A DNA stretch of 64,000 bases, from positions 605,673-669,672 of the forward strand of contig MU006101.1 of the NCBI GenBank assembly GCA_010093705.1, given 5' to 3'. Positions 58,156 through 64,000 of the stretch are shown in pieces. The translations under genes were made by a program, and so were the position numbers. The DNA comes from Patellaria atrata CBS 101060 (Eukaryota). Below the pieces are notes generated by a model. The model was not told where the DNA came from. It was given only the letters and a program-made list of their open reading frames with translations, and made no database searches. How positions within the stretch are numbered: position 1 is the stretch's first letter; every line of letters starts with the position of its first letter.

Positions 58156-61100
58156 TCACATTCCGGAGCCGCCGCTCCCAGTCCTCTCCATCTCCGCACC
58201 ACTCCGGCCCTCAACCCCAAACGTCGCTGTACTCGCGCGCTTGAACAGCGTGCTGGTATCCCTGGTGATGAGGGCGCCCGGGAACTCCCGCTGTACGAGC
58301 GGGCTGGTCGCCTCGCCCGTGCCAGGGGGCGTCAGTGTACTGACACCCCTCAACTCCGCCGGGGTATGCTTCTCCCGGAGCTTGTTGATCTCCCGGAGTC
58401 TCGTACGCCAGGACGAGACGTGCTCGCCCATGAACCGCTGGGTCCAGACGGTACAGAACACACTCGCGTTGAGCGCCAGGAGGCGTACGAACGCCGGGAG
58501 AGACTTCCCGGAGACGATCTTCGTCTCGAAGGCGGGGGAGATTTCGGGGAAGTCAGATTTGCTCAAAACTTGGACTTTGAAAAAACGTTGTTTGGCCCTG
58601 TCTGGGCTGGGTTGCAGCCGAGATTCCGCGAAGGTATTGAACGCTTCTGGCGTGATGACTATGTACACGAAGTTGAAGTCTGAGGGGAAGGTATCGAAGC
58701 GGAATGGACGGCCTGAGTCATTGAAGATGATATTGACGCTGTCGTTACCAGTGTGCTTCTTCTTGTTAATGCATTTTGCATCGTGCTCCAGGTTTGTTGG
58801 CATCAGGGTAGTAGCGTGAAAAACGATCTCAGAAACGCGGTCGCGCCAGCAGACAGCAAAGTCGCCGTCAGTGCCATATTCCCTATCGAGACCTTGTGTA
58901 TTGAACTGTGCACCCTTGAGTGGTATCATAGTTCCCAGCTTGGTAATAAAGTCAGTGTAATCGACAGATCCCATCACGTTGGCAAATATCTCTGCTTCCT
59001 CCGTTTGACCTTCTCCAATGTAAATTACACCAATCTTGTGACCGTCAAGAGGGGAGACACGGTCAAAGGCCTCGATCGCTCGACGGGTCATATCGTCGTC
59101 AGGAAGTGCAACTGGAGGGTCCAGGACTGGAGAAGGTAAAGCACAAATGGAAATAGGGGCGAAGAATGCTTGATATACATCATCTGGGAGTATACCAACA
59201 TAAGATGAGGTGTAATATGTCTCAGCGGTAAGTCCGGTGATTATTGGTTGTTGGTGACGCGGTGGTGTGTCCAGTTGAGGCCTTGCAACATAATAGCGGG
59301 TCCCTGAAGGTCGACGGATTGTGATTTGGCTTAGTCCGGTTCTGCCGGCTGTTTCAATGGTGATCAAGCTCGTTCCGTGAACCCAGGTCTTAGAGTTGAT
59401 TTCCCCATCAGCAGAAGTAGCGAATTTTGGATCGTAGATAGTTTCATCATGGTCGGAGTATGCCATTCTTTCCATCATATCCATAGTAACTCGTCCCTGC
59501 TCCTCAATGACTCGGGTGTTGTTCTTGTCTGTGCCAATAAGGTTTCTGTGGATAAAGGCAATGTGTCTCTGACGATCCTGCATTTTCGAAGCAATATACC
59601 AAAATGCTATAACATGGTATGCAAGAGCATACACGTATTGAGGAAGATCGTCGGATGGTTGCGTACTACCGGACTTGAAATCCTTGTCCTGTGAACCACT
59701 AAATTCCCGCGATGGACCACTATGCCGTGACGTTGGATGCCCAGTACGAGAGGGATTTGGATGACTTACCCTCCCCTTCTCGCGCGAATTGCGGACGTAG
59801 TCGAGATACCGGAAACAAATGCCGAAGACTGTTCGGAAATTATCTTCCCTACAGTTCTTAATAATTTCAGGGAGACGTGACACCCCTGCAAGGAATTCCA
59901 GAATGTGAATGGCGATGTTTGGTTGCGTGATAGACTGAGACATTTTCGTCAATATGCTTTCCATATGTCTGCTGGTCGAGAGTGGTAGTTCATGACAGCA
60001 CACTGCAAGAGCATGTATGCACCATTTGGTGGTTCTGTCCCACGATCCGATCCCAGACAAGAACGACCTGACTAGATCTTCAAGCTCGTTCCTTGTAAAG
60101 TGAGGATGATAGCTAATGATCATAGTTAGGATGTGAAACAAGCACACCACAACGTCGCCTTTCTTCAGCGACGTGTAGCTCGGAGGCTCATGGAAGGTGG
60201 TAGACCTAATCTGCTCGCACAAGACGCTTTTTAACAGCTTGACCTGCGGAATAGCACTAGCAAATAAGGATTGGTTTGTCAACTGAGCGCCTAAGTGTGC
60301 TAGAATGTAACTGTAGAGCTCCCAATGCGTACCTTTTTGCAAGATAGAGATGTTGAGTTCAAGCCATCGAGTGATCTCAAGGACGATCCTATCAGTAGGG
60401 AGGTCTTCAGTGTCTAGCTTAGAGGAGAACAGAACAGTGCTTGCGGTTTTTTGGGGTTCCTCAGGGAGAGCTCTGAAGCCACCATACATCCATACCGGTG
60501 ATGCAGGTCTTGTTGTTCGCTGTGGTCCACTTGTTACACGTGTAACCTGCTTCATGGTTGCAGTTGGACTACTGCTGTTTTTATAGTCTTGAGACTGCGA
60601 CCTCTCGTCTGTTCTGGATTGTCGACCTTGATCATCTTCCTCCTTAGATTCCCAAGATACCGCCGTATCCTGAGTACGACTGAGAACTGCAGCCATTCTT
60701 TGGCCCTCGGAAGACTCAGCAATGAACAAGGCGTGGTTTGTATCACTGCGTAAACGGAAAAGTAGCTTGAAAGCACTGACACGAGCATCAATCTCTGAGG
60801 TTTCCGAACCAGCAACGAATAGTAAACATTCGAACAAGATTTTCGCCCTGCGACCATCGCTGTTGATGGTACGAATAAACATGCGTACTAGAGCCCTTAC
60901 AACGACGTTGCATAAGGAGCCTGGATCTTCAGACCATGGTATAGTTGCGGTACTTGAGAAATTGACTTCCCGAGGGGTTGGTTGCTCCAGTGTCGCCTTC
61001 GGTGTTTTTATCAACCTTTTGAAATGCGCTATTGTAGCATTGAAGACATTATCAGATGACCACTGAACATTTTCTATGGCAAACTCAGTCAAGGTATTGA

Positions 61101-62976
61101 GAACTGCCACATCAGACTCATCACCAATCGTTTCGATAAGAATTACGGCATATGATGATACGTCAGCGGAGTGAGGAAAAGGTTCGATTGCATAATAAGC
61201 ATCCTGAAGATACTCTAAGAGCTTTAGGCGAAGTTCGGTCGGGCGCTTTCTATCTTGGAAGATACACTCGACCAGCTTGCGAGCGTCTCGTAGATAACCC
61301 TCATTAGATGGATAAAACCGACGCTCTTGATTGCAGTATTCAACGAGCCAATAGGCCGCATTGTGACTGATCTGGCGCCCAAAACGAAGGAACAGATTCA
61401 TCAACACTGCCTTCTTTAAAATGTCCATATCTGGCAATGAAGTGACGAGACTGTTGATAATTTCAGATAGACAAGCTGCATGATCGATATTCCCATTAGC
61501 GTCGCGTCTGTCGGTACTAGACTCAGTTGACTTATTGGAGAAACCAGAGAGGCTACCAATTCTGGCTGTTTCTTTAGGGGTTGTTTCGTGTATACCGTAC
61601 TGCGCCGCGAATTCGGCCAAAGTTCGAGTAAGATCTGTCCAATCATCTTCTGCTACTAGTAAATTTCTTAGCTTGTCAGTTTGTAGAATATCTAGGAGTA
61701 GGGAAATTATGTCTCCATCGATTTTCAAATCTTTGTACGAAGAAACGTGATTTAGACTCGGTAGCAGAAGATCCAGTCCCACTTTAGGGAAACCTTCAGC
61801 GCCATCTAATATTAGGAGTTTTCGAAGCGTGTAGAGAACTCCTCGGACGATGCTTCGATGTCTGGAATACTCTCCTTCGTATGTATTCTCAGTAAGTATT
61901 GAAAGAAGGGCAGACACTGCAGATTGTCCGACGTGAGAGGTGAAAAGATTCCGCAGGGCATTCCAGGTGTGCTCCTCAACTGCTTTCAATTGACGGTAGA
62001 TATCGCAAAGAACAGCCAAGCAGGATTTCAAAGATGTTGGTGGAACTTGAGTGTATGTTCCTAATGCGTCGAATATGGCGACGGCGTATCGGATATCACT
62101 TTCGACATTCGTGGTCCGACACACGTTGATGACATTCTCTAGAAGTTGCTCCACTTCTTCTTCCGGAAAGACCTTGGAGTTAAAACGCGTAACATCAATG
62201 ATGAACTGAAACAGCTGCTCTAGAAGGACATTTTCTTTGATTTCTACACCAGCTTTTGATTTTCCCCTTTCCTGCTTGCGCGCTAGGACGGTTGAACGTA
62301 CGGTTCGTTCTAACAAGTCCCTAAGAAATGGTGCGATCATTGGTTCGAATCCATCGACATTCCGACCACCGTTAGTTAGTTCAACTAAGATGGGAAAAAT
62401 CTGTTCGAATGATGGGTCGTTCTTCTTGCTTGAGATTACCTTGAAGAATACATTCCGTTCCATGGCACTAAGCGTTGGTACCTTTGCACAACTCTTCAAT
62501 AGGTCATAACCTGCGCGTGTAGCATCTTGATGTTCGGCATTATCAATAAGATCACTAGCTGAAGACCAGATGGTCAAGATATCGCTGACTGCATATTCCT
62601 CGACTATCTTGCAAAGATTCTGTGCTGCTGCCACCCTATCCTTTACATTAACGTAACCATGGCCACTTATTTGTTCCAGTAACTGGTTGAGTTCGTCAGG
62701 TCCTCCGAGCACATGACCAGGTGGTGCAGTGATACCTTGAGCAGACTCTCCGCCAACATCTCCTATGCCGCTACCCCTAGCTATTGTTTGAAGCACAGCA
62801 GTGCTGTCCCGCCGTGCAAATGCCGAACTGCCGGGAGTGATAATAGCGGAAGTAGACGGAGCTGCAGGAGGTGTTGCCTTAGCACGTCCGGTGAGAGCGC
62901 GAAAAGCATCAATTATGGTGGAGGACGATTGTCGCCTGTCAGGAGTCTTCGGCCCATCATCTTGACTAGGAGACAT
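58156..62976 (-). CDS. TSC2: Tuberin (Rheb GAP), intronless
   Basis: 1606-aa ORF; WELYSYILAHL, CIHALAVCCHELP, ITIRRPSGT; RapGAP domain HKIGVIYIGEGQ...EIVFHATTLMP...KKKHTGND. Confidence 0.95.
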   Translation of the reverse strand: MSPSQDDGPKTPDRRQSSSTIIDAFRALTGRAKATPPAAPSTSAIITPGSSAFARRDSTAVLQTIARGSGIGDVGGESAQGITAPPGHVLGGPDELNQLLEQISGHGYVNVKDRVAAAQNLCKIVEEYAVSDILTIWSSASDLIDNAEHQDATRAGYDLLKSCAKVPTLSAMERNVFFKVISSKKNDPSFEQIFPILVELTNGGRNVDGFEPMIAPFLRDLLERTVRSTVLARKQERGKSKAGVEIKENVLLEQLFQFIIDVTRFNSKVFPEEEVEQLLENVINVCRTTNVESDIRYAVAIFDALGTYTQVPPTSLKSCLAVLCDIYRQLKAVEEHTWNALRNLFTSHVGQSAVSALLSILTENTYEGEYSRHRSIVRGVLYTLRKLLILDGAEGFPKVGLDLLLPSLNHVSSYKDLKIDGDIISLLLDILQTDKLRNLLVAEDDWTDLTRTLAEFAAQYGIHETTPKETARIGSLSGFSNKSTESSTDRRDANGNIDHAACLSEIINSLVTSLPDMDILKKAVLMNLFLRFGRQISHNAAYWLVEYCNQERRFYPSNEGYLRDARKLVECIFQDRKRPTELRLKLLEYLQDAYYAIEPFPHSADVSSYAVILIETIGDESDVAVLNTLTEFAIENVQWSSDNVFNATIAHFKRLIKTPKATLEQPTPREVNFSSTATIPWSEDPGSLCNVVVRALVRMFIRTINSDGRRAKILFECLLFVAGSETSEIDARVSAFKLLFRLRSDTNHALFIAESSEGQRMAAVLSRTQDTAVSWESKEEDDQGRQSRTDERSQSQDYKNSSSPTATMKQVTRVTSGPQRTTRPASPVWMYGGFRALPEEPQKTASTVLFSSKLDTEDLPTDRIVLEITRWLELNISILQKGTHWELYSYILAHLGAQLTNQSLFASAIPQVKLLKSVLCEQIRSTTFHEPPSYTSLKKGDVVVCLFHILTMIISYHPHFTRNELEDLVRSFLSGIGSWDRTTKWCIHALAVCCHELPLSTSRHMESILTKMSQSITQPNIAIHILEFLAGVSRLPEIIKNCREDNFRTVFGICFRYLDYVRNSREKGRVSHPNPSRTGHPTSRHSGPSREFSGSQDKDFKSGSTQPSDDLPQYVYALAYHVIAFWYIASKMQDRQRHIAFIHRNLIGTDKNNTRVIEEQGRVTMDMMERMAYSDHDETIYDPKFATSADGEINSKTWVHGTSLITIETAGRTGLSQITIRRPSGTRYYVARPQLDTPPRHQQPIITGLTAETYYTSSYVGILPDDVYQAFFAPISICALPSPVLDPPVALPDDDMTRRAIEAFDRVSPLDGHKIGVIYIGEGQTEEAEIFANVMGSVDYTDFITKLGTMIPLKGAQFNTQGLDREYGTDGDFAVCWRDRVSEIVFHATTLMPTNLEHDAKCINKKKHTGNDSVNIIFNDSGRPFRFDTFPSDFNFVYIVITPEAFNTFAESRLQPSPDRAKQRFFKVQVLSKSDFPEISPAFETKIVSGKSLPAFVRLLALNASVFCTVWTQRFMGEHVSSWRTRLREINKLREKHTPAELRGVSTLTPPGTGEATSPLVQREFPGALITRDTSTLFKRASTATFGVEGRSGAEMERTGSGGSGM

Positions 62977-63698
62977 ATGTTCCAGATTATCAGGCCGTAA
63001 CTCGAGAGGACTTTTTTGTCAGGTTTATTGTGTCAGGCTGATTTCGTGGAGGATTCGAATTGAGTAAACACCGGAAGGATCAAGTGGAGAACGATTGCAA
63101 CGGTCTACTCAACCGCAGCTCTTGTGAGGTGTTGGGCGTGTACGAAATCTACCCAAGGCATGAGATTCGACAGTAGCCTGAAGATAGGAGAGAGAGTTGT
63201 AAAAGATAAGGACAGGGCGAGAAAATTTCGAACAATTAAGTCAAGATATCTCGCCCTAGGTAGATTGTTAAACGTGGGCAAACGCGAGCGCGTAGCCAAG
63301 AAAAAGGAAGGTCATGTCCATGACTTCATTCATAAAGTGAAGTCAAACTATATATATTTTAAGTGAAGTTTTAGTGGTGTGAGGTGAAGAGCTGTGGTGA
63401 GCACGAGGGTTGCGGGATGATGCTGTTGCGGGATATGATCTTCAATTGCTCGAACTTGAAAAAGCTGGGGTAAATGTTACAAAACCTGGACAAGCCTTGG
63501 CCCTTGAGCCCTGCCCACCGGCCGATCCGTCCCACACCGATAACCATCTAGCAGCGCCAAACCTACAATGGCTAAAGTGGAACGTTATTACAGTATCAAA
63601 ACTTCAGGTACAGATACTTTACGATGCTGAACAAAATACCAAACCCGTCACTTACTCTTGTTTACCAATACAATCCTCAGCTTCTTCATTCTCCCAAC

Positions 63699-64000
63699 AT
63701 GGCCGCAGACCTACCTGGTATTGCACGTCTTTTAGAAGCAAGTCTTGATCCTCGACACAATAAACAAGGTACGCCTCTAACATTTGCTGATTATTTTTCT
63801 GTACGACGCACTAAAGATAATCTATCCCGCGCGCAATGGTCTGCGCCGACTACCACCCGCGAAGGGAACACAGTCGGATACTGATTCTCCATGATAGGAT
63901 TTAGCTAACATCTTCTCATAGCCGAGGAAGCCATCAGTCGGGAAGAATCAAAACCCGGATTCTCTCTTACGTTATTGAACATCGTAGCATCAGATTCGTT
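63699..64000 (+). CDS. CSE1: Importin-alpha re-exporter Cse1/exportin-2, 5' end (runs off window)
   Basis: MAADLPGIARLLEASLDPRHNKQ|AEEAISREESKPGFSLTLLNIVASD; intron 63769-63921. Confidence 0.8.

Noticed and set aside
57967..59139. Long plus-strand ORFs overlapping TSC2
   Set aside because: Antisense shadows of a GC-rich coding region; no motifs.

Overview
Intron-containing DNA from a filamentous ascomycete (GT-AG introns with CTRAC/CTAAT branch points; Pezizomycotina/Eurotiomycete-like proteins, taxon inferred). Conserved genes: MAP1, kynurenine 3-monooxygenase, a DUF1769 protein, ABZ1, glucosidase I, SNRNP27, ELP5, SEC22, a Gfo/Idh/MocA dehydrogenase, a PMP47-type carrier, SCD6/LSM14, PEX39, TRS120, TSC2 and the 5' end of CSE1. 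Between them lie lineage-specific ORFs, most with disabling lesions, and two tail-to-tail LINE fragments around an assembly gap (30.5-32.3 kb). Main items beyond routine annotation: (i) a ~165-nt structured element with a Pol III-type layout (TATA, A box, B-box-like, T10) upstream of ELP5 that matches no RNA family I recognise; (ii) an snR52-like box C/D snoRNA in an SCD6 intron; (iii) a two-member orphan Zn-finger gene family (12.6 and 28.3 kb); (iv) an Asx/DEUBAD protein with a UIM inserted in the domain; (v) a GHKL-ATPase + WLM-like protease next to a secreted lytic-transglycosylase-LysM gene. All family calls come from motif recognition by eye; no searches were run, and exon boundaries are manual.
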